In this document: positions 1 through 9,636 of the stretch, piece after piece | How the letters are laid out: each line of letters starts with the position of its first letter | How positions within the stretch are numbered: the stretch's first letter is position 1 | NCBI RefSeq assembly: GCF_045689965.1 | Contig: NZ_CP144211.1 | Location: forward strand, 613,287-653,286 | Length of the DNA stretch: 40,000 bases | Direction: 5' to 3' | Source: Desulfosporosinus paludis | Lineage (GTDB): Bacteria; Bacillota; Desulfitobacteriia; Desulfitobacteriales; Desulfitobacteriaceae | Notes under the pieces: generated by a model | Told to the model about the DNA's origin: nothing | Databases searched by the model: none | Seen by the model: the letters and a program-made list of their open reading frames with translations, nothing else | Translations under genes and position numbers: made by a program

Positions 1-679
1 TTGGATTCAGTTTTGGTGATGCCGCCCCATTAGAGGAGAACACATTAACCGACGATATTTGTATTTTTTGTCCCCCTGAAGCAACAGCGGAAAGGTCTAA
101 AGCGGGTAATGTAGATAAGCCGTTACCATTTACAACCTGACCTACGACATAAGCAGTTGTATTTGCGGGACGTGTTATCTCGACGTACTGTTCAAACTCG
201 ATTATTTTAGTGGGTAATGCTCCTGTGACATTCGCTAAACTCCCAGTTAGTTTAACTCCATTATCTCCAGAGCCAAGAGCCTGATAAAGCAAGAAATTGG
301 TCTGAGCCGTAACCCCATTAGTATATCTAAACCGGAAATATCGTTTCTTCAGTAAAATCCAATCTGTCTCACTTAATGTATTAGCGTTAACCGATAAAGT
401 CGCTGAGGTAGACCATGTAGACCCATCATCGCTTTCTTCAACCGTTAGAGTGCCTGCAGCATCAGAAAAAACATATCCTTTTACTTTGGAGATTAGCACG
501 TCTCCAAGACGGTCATATGCCGTCTGTGCAAAAGATCCGTTTGCAGCAAGTGGAGCGTTTGTTAGTTGCAAAGCCGCTCCGGTCATATCAAGGCCTGGTA
601 CCGCAAAGGTATCACCGCCATGATATATCTTGACGGCTCCTCCACGATTCTCAGAGTCTAAGGGAAATGTAAATGCCAT
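1..679 (-). CDS. Phage structural protein downstream of XkdX (fibre-associated?); C-terminus cut by window edge
   Basis: Open minus frame from ATG at 679 (MAFTFPLDSENRGGAVKIYHGGDTF...) to position 1. GGAGG lies 8 nt upstream. Family not recognised. Confidence 0.5.
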   Translation of the reverse strand, partial: MAFTFPLDSENRGGAVKIYHGGDTFAVPGLDMTGAALQLTNAPLAANGSFAQTAYDRLGDVLISKVKGYVFSDAAGTLTVEESDDGSTWSTSATLSVNANTLSETDWILLKKRYFRFRYTNGVTAQTNFLLYQALGSGDNGVKLTGSLANVTGALPTKIIEFEQYVEITRPANTTAYVVGQVVNGNGLSTLPALDLSAVASGGQKIQISSVNVFSSNGAASPKLNP

Positions 680-731
680 TCATTACTCCTCCTTTAGCTC
701 ATAAAAGTAACGCCCTCTCGGCGTTTAATTT

Positions 732-869
732 TTAGGCTGCGTAATCAGTTCCCGTGATGTTCTTATAATCGGTTGCGGTAATTTTTCCTTTTGCAACAAA
801 CACTTTCACTTGGTCAGTAGTATAGAATCCTGATTGGTAGTATTGAGTAACAATTTGAACCCAATTCAT
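732..869 (-). CDS. XkdX-family small phage protein (45 aa)
   Basis: Below the ORF-track cutoff. MNWVQIVTQYYQSGFYTTDQVKVFVAKGKITATDYKNITGTDYAA matches my memory of the XkdX family. TAATG overlap with the upstream gene. Confidence 0.75.
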   Translation of the reverse strand: MNWVQIVTQYYQSGFYTTDQVKVFVAKGKITATDYKNITGTDYAA

Positions 870-1147
870 TACATCAACCCCCCTTCAACTAAGGCTAAAA
901 GCATTTGAGCATTTTGGGCTTCAAGTTGAGTTACTTGTTCAGCATCTGTAAGAGGTCTATCAACAAAAACCCAAGAGAGTTGGCTCCCAGTTGAATCATG
1001 GTGCAGCTCAATATCTTTCCCAGCCTGTGGTTCGGGAGGATTTGGAGGGGCTGTTGCAGATATAGTTGCTACTTGAGACCCATCCACAAACATTCCATCC
1101 ACTTTGAAATCCCCAACTGTAGTTTTAGTTCCGATAACAATCATCAC
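869..1147 (-). CDS. Small phage protein in the XkdW position (between tail fibre and XkdX)
   Basis: 92-aa ORF. AAGGAG lies upstream of GTG/ATG. Assignment rests on synteny with PBSX-like tail modules. Confidence 0.55.
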   Translation of the reverse strand: MMIVIGTKTTVGDFKVDGMFVDGSQVATISATAPPNPPEPQAGKDIELHHDSTGSQLSWVFVDRPLTDAEQVTQLEAQNAQMLLALVEGGLM

Positions 1148-1166
1148 AATCCACTCTCCTTGTTAT

Positions 1167-2735
1167 TTACCAAGTTACAATAACCCTGCCGGAGGTTCCA
1201 GCACTTGCGATACCTAATGTTTGAGTGGAGGTACCTCTTGCACCATTTCCACCATTGCCTGCTCCGCATGCACCAGTAGCGCCAGTTCCAGCGATACCAG
1301 AGCCATTGGACACACCATTACCAGCAGTACCATTTCCACCACTACCACCGTTACTGCCGTTACCGCCGCCAGCTCCACCAGCACCACCAACGCCGCCATT
1401 ATTGGTGTAGTCAGTGCCGTGATAACCGCCAACACCTCCGCCTGCAACATAACTACCAAATGATGATTGTCCACCTGTTGCGCCATCTGCTCCGTAACCA
1501 TTGGCTCCACTGGTAGAGGCTCCTGCTCCCCCCGCACCTACAACAACAGTGATCTGCTGACCTGGAGTTACTGGGATGTCAACAAGATATACACCTCCCG
1601 CTCCGCCACCGCCGCCTCCGCCACTACCGTTGATTCCGTTACCTCCACCGCCACCTGCTCCTCCAATAATGGCGGTAACTTTTGTAACACTAGCAGGGAC
1701 AGTAAATGTATATGTTCCAGGAGTCGAATAAGTTTGGGAGCTATGCGGAGCATTAGCAACGGATCCTCCACCATAATATCCCGGCGTGATCGAAGTTCCT
1801 GGTTGCAGAGTTGGACTCCCTTGATTAGGCATTGTTCCTGCTACATTAGCGATGGTAGTGCCCGTTAAGACATTAGCTGCAGGAACGTTTACTTGAGCTA
1901 CACTTCCACCCGAAGTATAGCCTGCAGGAATAGGCACTGAAGCAAGTCCGCTGGGTATTAAGTTCAAAGCACCATTGTTGGGCATATTACCCGTTATGGG
2001 ACCGCTATCAACAGTAGCAGTTGCCCCAATTAATAGTTGAGTAGCAGTAGCATTTCCTCCACCTCCTTTACCCTGTACAATAAAATTTCCCGTGGTGGAG
2101 TTGTAGCGCATCGAATAAATAAGCCCAGCTTTTAAGCCACCAGAGGTAATAGTGTTTCCAAGGGAATCAAGGATTGGTTTTGCGCCAAGGCCGTTTACGT
2201 TTATGGTTGAAGCTCCTGTACTCGCTACATTGATCTTTACAGACACTCCCATTCCATCAACATATGAAGTTGGAACAGGGCTCAACGTCACAGCGTAGGT
2301 ATTTGCCGCGCCCGCAGCCGTAGCATAGTAGACATGCTTTACATCGTCAGCTAAATGAGATGTGAGGTCAGCTGCAGCGGCTTTTCCTGCAAGCGCGTTT
2401 GTCATTGTTGTCGCAAAGTTCGGATCATCGCCAAGTGCGTCAGCCAATTCTTTCAACGTGTCTAATGCGGCAGGGGAAGAATTGACAAGAGCTGCTATTG
2501 CCGCAGCAACAAACGCTGTGGTAGAAATTTTGGTCGAATTATCTCCTACTATTGGAGTAGTGCCCGTAGGAGTTCCGGTGAAAGCAGGAGAGTTTATAGA
2601 AGCTTTTAGTGCCACGGCATCAGAGTTTGCTTTGATTTGAGCGTCAATGATGTCCATATTGTCGTTTTCATTGCCGATATCATATGCATCTGTTGGATCG
2701 GGCTTTTTAAGGCCAAAGTTAGTCGTTGTCTGCAT
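1167..2735 (-). CDS. Tail fibre protein with glycine-rich C-terminal domain
   Basis: The N-terminus carries classic fibre motifs (SPAFTGTPTG..STKISTTAFV, LDTLKELADALGDDPNFA). The C-terminal ~160 aa are mostly G/A/N/S. Confidence 0.85.
   Translation of the reverse strand: MQTTTNFGLKKPDPTDAYDIGNENDNMDIIDAQIKANSDAVALKASINSPAFTGTPTGTTPIVGDNSTKISTTAFVAAAIAALVNSSPAALDTLKELADALGDDPNFATTMTNALAGKAAAADLTSHLADDVKHVYYATAAGAANTYAVTLSPVPTSYVDGMGVSVKINVASTGASTINVNGLGAKPILDSLGNTITSGGLKAGLIYSMRYNSTTGNFIVQGKGGGGNATATQLLIGATATVDSGPITGNMPNNGALNLIPSGLASVPIPAGYTSGGSVAQVNVPAANVLTGTTIANVAGTMPNQGSPTLQPGTSITPGYYGGGSVANAPHSSQTYSTPGTYTFTVPASVTKVTAIIGGAGGGGGNGINGSGGGGGGGAGGVYLVDIPVTPGQQITVVVGAGGAGASTSGANGYGADGATGGQSSFGSYVAGGGVGGYHGTDYTNNGGVGGAGGAGGGNGSNGGSGGNGTAGNGVSNGSGIAGTGATGACGAGNGGNGARGTSTQTLGIASAGTSGRVIVTW
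1200..1690 (-). repeat. Low-complexity GGN-codon region encoding the Gly-rich fibre domain
   Basis: Runs such as GGAGGGGGNGINGSGGGGGGGAGG. This region produces many spurious overlapping ORFs on both strands. Confidence 0.8.
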
Positions 2736-2746
2736 TATACTTCCTC

Positions 2747-3322
2747 CTAATTCGTTACAAACGTTAATGCAGTTGAATTATGATCAAAATTAGGCAGGTT
2801 AGTTTTAAGAAATTCATGAGTGTAACCGCTTAATTGCGCGTAGGTAAAGGGCTTCAAATCTTGATAGTAGATATACAGGAAAACATAAGCCACAGCTAGA
2901 TAAGCTGGTTTTATTTGTTCGATAGCAGCTTTCAAATCTTCAATATTAGGCGGAATGCCGTAAACGCTGGTAAATTTCACTTGAATAGTTCCATCAAAGG
3001 TTACTTCAACGTTTCCATTGGTAAAAGCGTCGCATACCGTCTTTATAAGCGTTGCGTTCAACTTTCCGCTTCCACGCCACTTCGATTTAATCACGCTTCT
3101 TCGGTAATCCAAAGGTTTAGTGTAATCCGTGGATTTTCCTAGATCCTTTTCATAAATATCCAAAGCCCAGGTTGCTGTATCCACGTCGAATTGGGCATTT
3201 AAATCCGCGATATCGACATCGATATTGTCTAATTCCTGCCCTTGAGAATTAAAGATATTTGCAAAAAGATCAGTAGTACTTAAAAACGGAGGCAAATAGC
3301 TCTTTAGGTTATCGCTACGCAA
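2747..3322 (-). CDS. XkdU-like tail/baseplate protein (DUF2313-like)
   Basis: YLPPFL...ELDNI...L..QFDVDTATWALDIYEKDLG motif block. TTG start overlaps the upstream stop. Confidence 0.8.
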   Translation of the reverse strand: MRSDNLKSYLPPFLSTTDLFANIFNSQGQELDNIDVDIADLNAQFDVDTATWALDIYEKDLGKSTDYTKPLDYRRSVIKSKWRGSGKLNATLIKTVCDAFTNGNVEVTFDGTIQVKFTSVYGIPPNIEDLKAAIEQIKPAYLAVAYVFLYIYYQDLKPFTYAQLSGYTHEFLKTNLPNFDHNSTALTFVTN

Positions 3323-4388
3323 TCGTTACCACCCCCAAGACTGGGGTTTCTGTTAATGTAGGCGTATAACTTAATGGTATGTTTGCGGTACCACCGTTTA
3401 CAGTTAATCCCGTATAATCCAGTATCCCAGCACTTGCCAATATTGCTGCGCCGATCTTAGCATAGCTTATGGCACTCTCCTTAAAGGCAATTGACTGGAG
3501 ATATGATTTAGTGCTATTTTGCACGTTGGTGAGCCTTTGATCATCCGTATAGTTCGTATCCTTGACTGCAGCAAAGCTGATATTTATAATGCTTCCCGTT
3601 GCCCCTTCTACCGTCGTAAACGCCCCAAAGGGAGCTTCTCCCTCCCCAAGACCTTGTATTCCAGGGTCCATGTAAGTTTGTGCCCCACTTATTAGGTCTG
3701 CACTTGGGGGTAGTTTATTAGCGTCAATAATCACTAGCTTAACCGTGTTATTCCCGTTCCAGATGGGATAAACCTTAACATCTCCGACACCCGTAAAATC
3801 CTTGATAAGGCTTGTGAACTGGGCAATATTACCCCCCGTTGCTGGAGCTTGGATGTAATCGTAATATCGCTGTAAGAGAGAGGCATCGCTCTCAGCGTCA
3901 AAGCCATCTTGAGTAGGATTAGGATTTGTTACACTTACCAGGCCAGGAATAGCGACTGGGAACTGAGTTATTTGATTAGCTGGGACCATACCGCTTGATC
4001 CGGTAATGAGTGCCTGTACATTAATGCTCTCCGATCCGCTGATAATCTTTTGCTCGGAAGATTCAAATTGCACTCCCCCAGGTGTCTGCACTAAATCGCC
4101 AACATTAATAGTTCCGTTCCCAGTTATGGTAACGTCAGTATTGGCATAGGTTGCTGGGTTCCTCGTTTTTCCTGTTCGCTGATAGATTCTTGTTGCTAAT
4201 TCATCCCCACTTAAGTTTGATAAGTCGAACTTAGCTGCTACTGCATCAAGGTTTGTTTCTTGATTCGCAATCTCAATACTTGCAGGGGAAAGAGCGTCAT
4301 AAACTAAAGAACCCTCTGATTTATCTACATCAGAAGGCACGTTCCCCAACATTCTATTAAGTATTGTTGAAGCTGTTTCACTATACAT
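3315..4388 (-). CDS. Baseplate J-like protein (XkdT-like)
   Basis: 357 aa. Position and sequence are typical of the baseplate J/gp47 family in Xkd modules. Confidence 0.85.
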   Translation of the reverse strand: MYSETASTILNRMLGNVPSDVDKSEGSLVYDALSPASIEIANQETNLDAVAAKFDLSNLSGDELATRIYQRTGKTRNPATYANTDVTITGNGTINVGDLVQTPGGVQFESSEQKIISGSESINVQALITGSSGMVPANQITQFPVAIPGLVSVTNPNPTQDGFDAESDASLLQRYYDYIQAPATGGNIAQFTSLIKDFTGVGDVKVYPIWNGNNTVKLVIIDANKLPPSADLISGAQTYMDPGIQGLGEGEAPFGAFTTVEGATGSIINISFAAVKDTNYTDDQRLTNVQNSTKSYLQSIAFKESAISYAKIGAAILASAGILDYTGLTVNGGTANIPLSYTPTLTETPVLGVVTIA

Positions 4389-4812
4389 TCATGCTCACAT
4401 CCCCATAGATTGTTGTTGCCGTAAAGCTGACGCTTGTCTTGCTCCCATCAACACTTATGGCGATATTTGAAACACCTGAGATATAGGGGTTAATTAATAA
4501 CGATTCTTTAAGGTATCTTTCAACCTCTGAATTTAGGGCCGCGCTCGAAAGTCCCTGATTAATTAACGTTTCAAGATCATTCCCAAAGTTACCGGAATAG
4601 GCCTTATACCTATTTTTAGGGGTTTGCAGGGCCTTCCAAATCCAAACCTTCACAGCATCTTTGCACGTTACGGTTATGTTTTTCCCATCAATGAGTAGGA
4701 AATTATTGTTGTCGAAATCCCAAGCATATTCCTTGGCCAACGGTAGAGTTGCTACGCTAGAACTGCTTGGTGTTAATACTGCCTGTCCGATACTTTCCGG
4801 AAAAATGCTCAT
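4381..4812 (-). CDS. XkdS-like baseplate protein (DUF2634-like)
   Basis: KEYAWDFDNNNF...GK..V.. motif and synteny. Confidence 0.75.
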   Translation of the reverse strand: MSIFPESIGQAVLTPSSSSVATLPLAKEYAWDFDNNNFLLIDGKNITVTCKDAVKVWIWKALQTPKNRYKAYSGNFGNDLETLINQGLSSAALNSEVERYLKESLLINPYISGVSNIAISVDGSKTSVSFTATTIYGDVSMNV

Positions 4813-5177
4813 ACGTTCACAACCCTTGCTAAGATAACAAATGTTGAACTATTGACCTGGACGACCACCAAAGTATCACCCTCATTAAGCCCATCTGTGA
4901 AATTCAGAACCCCGTTTGGTATGCTGAGACTTGAAATGGTGCCATCAGAAGTGACCCCGCTCGCAGTTGTGCTTGGTAAATTGATCTTCCTTGAATAGTC
5001 CAAAAGCAAGGAATCGGCAACAAGTAAATTTTCTCCAGCCATTTGTAGCTCGCCTACCATGATTGTGAGAGGAGAGGCACTAATAACGGATGCTAATTCA
5101 ACCGAGGAGGGGTTGTATTTAGCCCCCTGATCTTGCATAATTTTAATCATTTCGCTATAAGGATTTTTAGACCTCAT
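4809..5177 (-). CDS. XkdR-like protein (DUF2577-like)
   Basis: 122 aa. The MIKIMQDQGAKYNP start resembles this family. Synteny supports it. Confidence 0.7.
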   Translation of the reverse strand: MRSKNPYSEMIKIMQDQGAKYNPSSVELASVISASPLTIMVGELQMAGENLLVADSLLLDYSRKINLPSTTASGVTSDGTISSLSIPNGVLNFTDGLNEGDTLVVVQVNSSTFVILARVVNV

Positions 5178-5186
5178 TTTACCACC

Positions 5187-6179
5187 CTACTCTCCGTCAA
5201 CCTTACCTTCCTTCATGTCCATGATATTCTGGCTCTTTAGGTTGAGCTGCATGGTGTACTTATTTGTGCCAATTTCCCAGGTGTGTGTATCACCATCTAT
5301 AAACCATGTGGCGTTCTGAAGAACACTTACATAAAATATATTTGTTTTTACTGCTGTGCCCGTTATGACCTTCACGTTACCTATTGCTGTGGCCGTTACC
5401 TCCTGCTCCATGCCCTTCAGCAGGATGGATGCCTCTATCTGAGTATTTTTATCCTTGTTCACTGTATAGGTGTCTTGAAGTATCCCATAATACTTTTGCC
5501 ATTCTGTATTCTCTACGACCTGCCCGGTAAATGCCTTTTTATCGTTGTAAATTTTGACCTTGTTTATCATCTGCTCGATGTTATCATCATAAATAGAGTT
5601 TATTAAGTTGACGTTCGGGTCGAGTGTGAAATCAATGAGATTTTTACCCTTTTCAATACAATTCAGGCTTATCCCACTCATCAATAAGAAATACTGTTTG
5701 CTTGTGGAGAAGGATGCGTAGGTGTATGCCTGCATTATGATGTCGTAAAGTGTTTTGTTGGAAGCTAGGAGGCTAATATTTACACCTGTTTGTTCTAGAT
5801 GTCCTACGCTTACACCAACTTCTTCGCACACCTTTATTGTTGCGGCCTCGGGCGTGATGTTCGTGAAGTTGTAGGTGGCCTTAGATTTAAGAAAATAAAT
5901 CAAAAAGTCATAAGCCGTGAATTGTAATTCTTGATCTGAGTTTAGCGAACGTACAAAGACTATTCCTCTGAAAATCTCGCCTTCAACATCATCAACAAGC
6001 CATACCATCGTGCCAGGGGAAATTTGGGTGTTAGGTTGGTTCTTGTCAAAGATGGAATAAGCTAAGGTAACGTCAATTTTTCGGGCGACTTGCGACTTGT
6101 CACCTGACCACTTTACTGTTTTACAAAACCTTGTGATATCTGTAGATCCCCCGAAGTAATTGCTGTATACCTTAATCAT
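5187..6179 (-). CDS. XkdQ-like / late control D-like baseplate hub protein
   Basis: 330 aa. Synteny, and ATGA overlap with the upstream gene. Confidence 0.75.
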   Translation of the reverse strand: MIKVYSNYFGGSTDITRFCKTVKWSGDKSQVARKIDVTLAYSIFDKNQPNTQISPGTMVWLVDDVEGEIFRGIVFVRSLNSDQELQFTAYDFLIYFLKSKATYNFTNITPEAATIKVCEEVGVSVGHLEQTGVNISLLASNKTLYDIIMQAYTYASFSTSKQYFLLMSGISLNCIEKGKNLIDFTLDPNVNLINSIYDDNIEQMINKVKIYNDKKAFTGQVVENTEWQKYYGILQDTYTVNKDKNTQIEASILLKGMEQEVTATAIGNVKVITGTAVKTNIFYVSVLQNATWFIDGDTHTWEIGTNKYTMQLNLKSQNIMDMKEGKVDGE

Positions 6180-6580
6180 GAGGGTATAACCTTGTATTCC
6201 TTGAGTGTAAGCGTGAAGTAGACATCCCCAGTGCCATCCTGCTCGCCATACTCAAAATCCTCAATTGAACATAACGTATTTAGGCTTATTCCGGTTACAA
6301 GGTAGCGAATCGGGTTTCCACTCGCCATCCATTTCTCGATCAAGTCAGTACACTCTTTTGGTGTCGGGAACGTACTATACTGACAGAAACTATAATACTT
6401 GCTGGGAAAGAAGGACGTTATTGGCGGGATCTCAGCAAGTTTAGGCTTGCCAATGAAGCTCACTTCTCCTATGCCTTCAACGATGACGGAAGTATTATTT
6501 AGGGCCTTCTTAATAGCATAACTGGAAGGCGGGACGGGAAGCCGAAGGTTGTCGTTGTTTTGTATTAGCCAAAATTCCAT
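6176..6580 (-). CDS. XkdP-position tail protein lacking a LysM domain
   Basis: ATG at 6580 preferred over the track start at 6586. Lies directly after the tape measure stop. No LysM motif is visible. Confidence 0.55.
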   Translation of the reverse strand: MEFWLIQNNDNLRLPVPPSSYAIKKALNNTSVIVEGIGEVSFIGKPKLAEIPPITSFFPSKYYSFCQYSTFPTPKECTDLIEKWMASGNPIRYLVTGISLNTLCSIEDFEYGEQDGTGDVYFTLTLKEYKVIPS

Positions 6581-6591
6581 CACCAACCCCC

Positions 6592-9225
6592 CTACGCCGT
6601 GTTGATGGCAACTGCGTGTAGCTTAAGTACTAATGCGTTAGCAATCTTATCGATATCAGCGTCTTCTCTGACGATGATCGTATCTGCTAATTTAGCGACC
6701 GTGATACTACCACCGGAGTTGCGAGTTGATTGAGCGTCCTTGATCTTGGTTCCTTTGGGTAGGTCGATTTCCTCCGCACCATGCTCTCCGACAAGGGTTC
6801 TACCTCCACTCCAATAGGTTGTACCAAGAGCGTTTCTTCCGGATCTCATGCCTTCGGCTGTGCTGTTTTTGGAAACATCCAAACTTATCTTTGCTAATAA
6901 CGGAATGTTAACTCCTGGTATTTTGTTTAGCCCATTGATGAATTCATCAATTAAGCCTATACAGTAATTAACGCCATCAATAAATGAGTTTTTGATATTT
7001 ACCCAAGCATCGCTTAGCGTTTGTTTAACCGTATCCCAATTCTGATACAAAAGAACCCCGGCAGCAATTAAGCCCATTACTAATAAGATTACCGCTCCAA
7101 TTGGATTAGCGTCCATTGCGGCATTTAAGGCCCATTGCGCCGCCGTCATTATACCGGTTACCGCAGCCGATACTAACATCATCCCTTTTTGTGCTAACCA
7201 GGCTAGGGTTTGGGCCGATATTGCCGCGACAGTTGTCCATCCTTGCGCTGCGTAGGCTATTAAAGAGCCGATCAAGCTAATGGTTATGACCGCACCAGTA
7301 ATAATTGCTTGAGCAGCCACTTTAATTAAGCTGCCGATGAAGCTTACCGTAATTTTAGCACCTGCTATGACGGATTCAGTACCAGACCTAATGAGTGAGA
7401 CGATAAAAGATCCGGTGATTTTTGCAGCATTTATCACCGCTTCTAACCCAGCTTTTGCCATAGATGCTATAAAGTTTGCGGTAATTTTAGCAGCGGCGAT
7501 GACCGATTCCGTTCCAGTTTTTATGACATTCGCTATAAAATTACCCAATATCTGTCCGCCGGAAATGGCTGCTTTTACGCCAGTTTTTATTAAGGCCGGA
7601 CCGAAAATAGTTCCAAGAACAATTGCGGTATTCTCTATTGCTTTTTGATGATCTTTTAATGATTGAGTAAAATCTTCGAATTCCTGCTTGACTACCCCTA
7701 CCGCCTTGTCCTTGAAATCAATAAGCTTATCCTTAACTTCTTGGACTTTATCCATTAAGTTTTGGAAAGTATTTTTGACCTCATTAATCGCTTTATCCTT
7801 TAGCTTTATGAATTCATCATGTAGTTCCTTAGCCTTTTTCTTGATTTGATCCCAATGAGTATAAACTAATATGCCTATAGCGACTAAGGCAACTAGGGCC
7901 GCTATCACTAGCATGACTATTCCGCCAGGACCAGCAAGGTACGCCATTATTCCACCAGCATTAGAGATTGATTTAGCTAACTTAGTGAAAGGTGTGATTG
8001 CATTCCCAATGCTGGTAACTACTTTTCCAACGGTAAAAATTACTGGCCCCACTACAGCTGCCATAGTAGCAAACTTAATTATCATTTCCTGCTGTGCTGG
8101 CGACATATCTGCAAGCTTTTGAGCAAAGCCAGCTACCGTATCTACTAGCTTTTGAAAAGACGGCATCAAATTATCTAACGAGCCTTTGAGTTTTTCTGAT
8201 ACCGGCCCAAAGGCTACTTCAATTACGTGCCTCATTTTAGCCAATTTCCCCGCCCATGTAGCCGCATCCGCCGCTGCTTTGCTTATTGTATCTGGGCTAT
8301 TTTTAAGTGTCTGAAGTAAACCAGTTAAATCCATCCTGCCTTCTCGAATTGCCGCTGCCATGTCTGGTCCCGCTTTGGCCCCAAACATCTTAAGCGCAAG
8401 TGCATTAGCTTGCCCGGCACTTCCTGCAGCTTTTATTTGCGTAATCATGGTTTGAAGAGCTTGAGAAGGGTCTTTTATTCCCTCTTTTGCCATCTTCCCA
8501 AGCGCAATTCTCAATGATCCAACGACCAACTCAGTATTAACGCCCTCTTTTTCGAATTTACCCAGCATTGCTCCGCTCGTCTGCCAGTCGAATCCCATTT
8601 GTCTTAGCGGTCCTCCGAACTGAGTCATAAGTTCTTGCAATCTATCTACGGATATTCCCGTCTGTTCGTGAACCTTAAATGTGTAATCCAAGGCCTTTGA
8701 GTAATCAGCTTGGGCAATTCCAGCATCTTGAAACATCCTAGTTGTTGCTGGAATGAGCGTATTGATATCCGAGCCTGTAATCTTAGCTAGTTTCAGCATT
8801 TGAGTTGATAGATCTTCTAATGGCTTTCCTGCCAATCCTGTCCTGGAGTTCAATTGCGCTACTACTTGACTAGTGTCAGCCATACTTGCACTGACTTGGC
8901 TGTAAACAGCCTTAAAATCATCATTCAAACCAGCTAATGTCTTACCGGTTGCCCCCGTGGTCGTTCTTATGGTATTTTGGGCAGCTTGAAAGTCGTCAGC
9001 GAGTTTTAACAGTCCCGCCCCTGCGGCTACAATAGGCGCAGTAACTGTCATGCTTAATGTCTTTCCTACCGCTCCCATGTCCTTGCCTACTTTTATCATA
9101 TTTGCTCCAGCGTAAGTAGCTTGTCTCTGGAACTGCGAAAGGTTCCCGTTTACATTTTTTAATGTCGCGCTGAACTGGTCACGCAATTGAATTACAGCAT
9201 CAATGACACGTGCTATTGGAATCAC
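6592..9225 (-). CDS. Tail tape measure protein
   Basis: 877 aa, helical and Ala/Gly/Ile-rich, with hydrophobic internal repeats, in the position after the chaperone. GTG start at 9225 is uncertain. Confidence 0.9.
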   Translation of the reverse strand: MIPIARVIDAVIQLRDQFSATLKNVNGNLSQFQRQATYAGANMIKVGKDMGAVGKTLSMTVTAPIVAAGAGLLKLADDFQAAQNTIRTTTGATGKTLAGLNDDFKAVYSQVSASMADTSQVVAQLNSRTGLAGKPLEDLSTQMLKLAKITGSDINTLIPATTRMFQDAGIAQADYSKALDYTFKVHEQTGISVDRLQELMTQFGGPLRQMGFDWQTSGAMLGKFEKEGVNTELVVGSLRIALGKMAKEGIKDPSQALQTMITQIKAAGSAGQANALALKMFGAKAGPDMAAAIREGRMDLTGLLQTLKNSPDTISKAAADAATWAGKLAKMRHVIEVAFGPVSEKLKGSLDNLMPSFQKLVDTVAGFAQKLADMSPAQQEMIIKFATMAAVVGPVIFTVGKVVTSIGNAITPFTKLAKSISNAGGIMAYLAGPGGIVMLVIAALVALVAIGILVYTHWDQIKKKAKELHDEFIKLKDKAINEVKNTFQNLMDKVQEVKDKLIDFKDKAVGVVKQEFEDFTQSLKDHQKAIENTAIVLGTIFGPALIKTGVKAAISGGQILGNFIANVIKTGTESVIAAAKITANFIASMAKAGLEAVINAAKITGSFIVSLIRSGTESVIAGAKITVSFIGSLIKVAAQAIITGAVITISLIGSLIAYAAQGWTTVAAISAQTLAWLAQKGMMLVSAAVTGIMTAAQWALNAAMDANPIGAVILLVMGLIAAGVLLYQNWDTVKQTLSDAWVNIKNSFIDGVNYCIGLIDEFINGLNKIPGVNIPLLAKISLDVSKNSTAEGMRSGRNALGTTYWSGGRTLVGEHGAEEIDLPKGTKIKDAQSTRNSGGSITVAKLADTIIVREDADIDKIANALVLKLHAVAINTA
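7240..7560 (-). repeat. Four to five tandem 22-aa (66-bp) repeats inside the tape measure
   Basis: ITANFIASMAKAGLEAVINAAK / ITGSFIVSLIRSGTESVIAGAK / ITVSFIGSLIKVAAQAIITGAV and flanking copies. Confidence 0.7.
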
Positions 9226-9244
9226 CCCCTGCCCTGCATTTCAG

Positions 9245-9281
9245 AAAATATAAAAAGCACCCGTTTAAATAACGGGCACCT
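9245..9281 (-). terminator. Intrinsic terminator after the 90-aa moron gene, just upstream of the tape measure
   Basis: Minus-strand RNA reads GUGCCCGUU-AUUUA-AACGGGUGC followed by UUUUUAUAUUUU. Two G.U pairs make the stem strand-specific. Confidence 0.7.
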
Positions 9282-9302
9282 TGTATTAATTGAATATTAA
9301 AT

Positions 9303-9575
9303 TTACTTATTTTTTATGTCATTTAATAGTTTTATGATTATCCAGTTTTGTTCAACTAAAGCCCCTAAATAATTCAACTTGGCTATATCTTCTGATTTTC
9401 CCGAAAGTGCAATCCCAAAATCCATTAATCCCGTTCCCATCAGACCCATTAAAATCAATTTAACTTTTTCCTTATCTTCTAACGACAAATTTTCCAATCC
9501 GTATTTCGCCATTTTCTCATTTAGTTTCTCTAACTTTTCATTTTCTTTTTCATCTTTACTCTTAAATAACGCCAT
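9303..9575 (-). CDS. Hypothetical 90-aa protein (moron between chaperone and tape measure)
   Basis: AAGGAG SD, ATG start, visibly AT-rich. A Lys/Glu-rich N-terminus is followed by the hydrophobic stretch LILMGLMGTGLMDFGIAL. Family not recognised. Confidence 0.65.
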   Translation of the reverse strand: MALFKSKDEKENEKLEKLNEKMAKYGLENLSLEDKEKVKLILMGLMGTGLMDFGIALSGKSEDIAKLNYLGALVEQNWIIIKLLNDIKNK

Positions 9576-9593
9576 ATGTAATTCACTCCTTTT

Positions 9594-9627
9594 CCATACA
9601 TTGTATGGTTTTTGGGGTAAATTACAA
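9594..9627 (-). promoter_or_regulatory. Candidate SigA-type promoter of the moron, with a palindromic operator
   Basis: Minus strand reads TTGTAA (9622-9627), 16 nt, TACAAT (9600-9605). The -10 lies inside the perfect palindrome CCATACA-T-TGTATGG (9594-9608). Confidence 0.5.
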
Positions 9628-9636
9628 CTACTTTAT

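Noticed and set aside
1214-1868. Cluster of overlapping ORFs on both strands (1214-1537, 1221-1463, 1225-1410, 1467-1868, 1568-1774)
   Set aside because: They lie entirely inside the Gly-rich part of the tail fibre gene. The repetitive GGN/NCC codons keep several frames open by chance.
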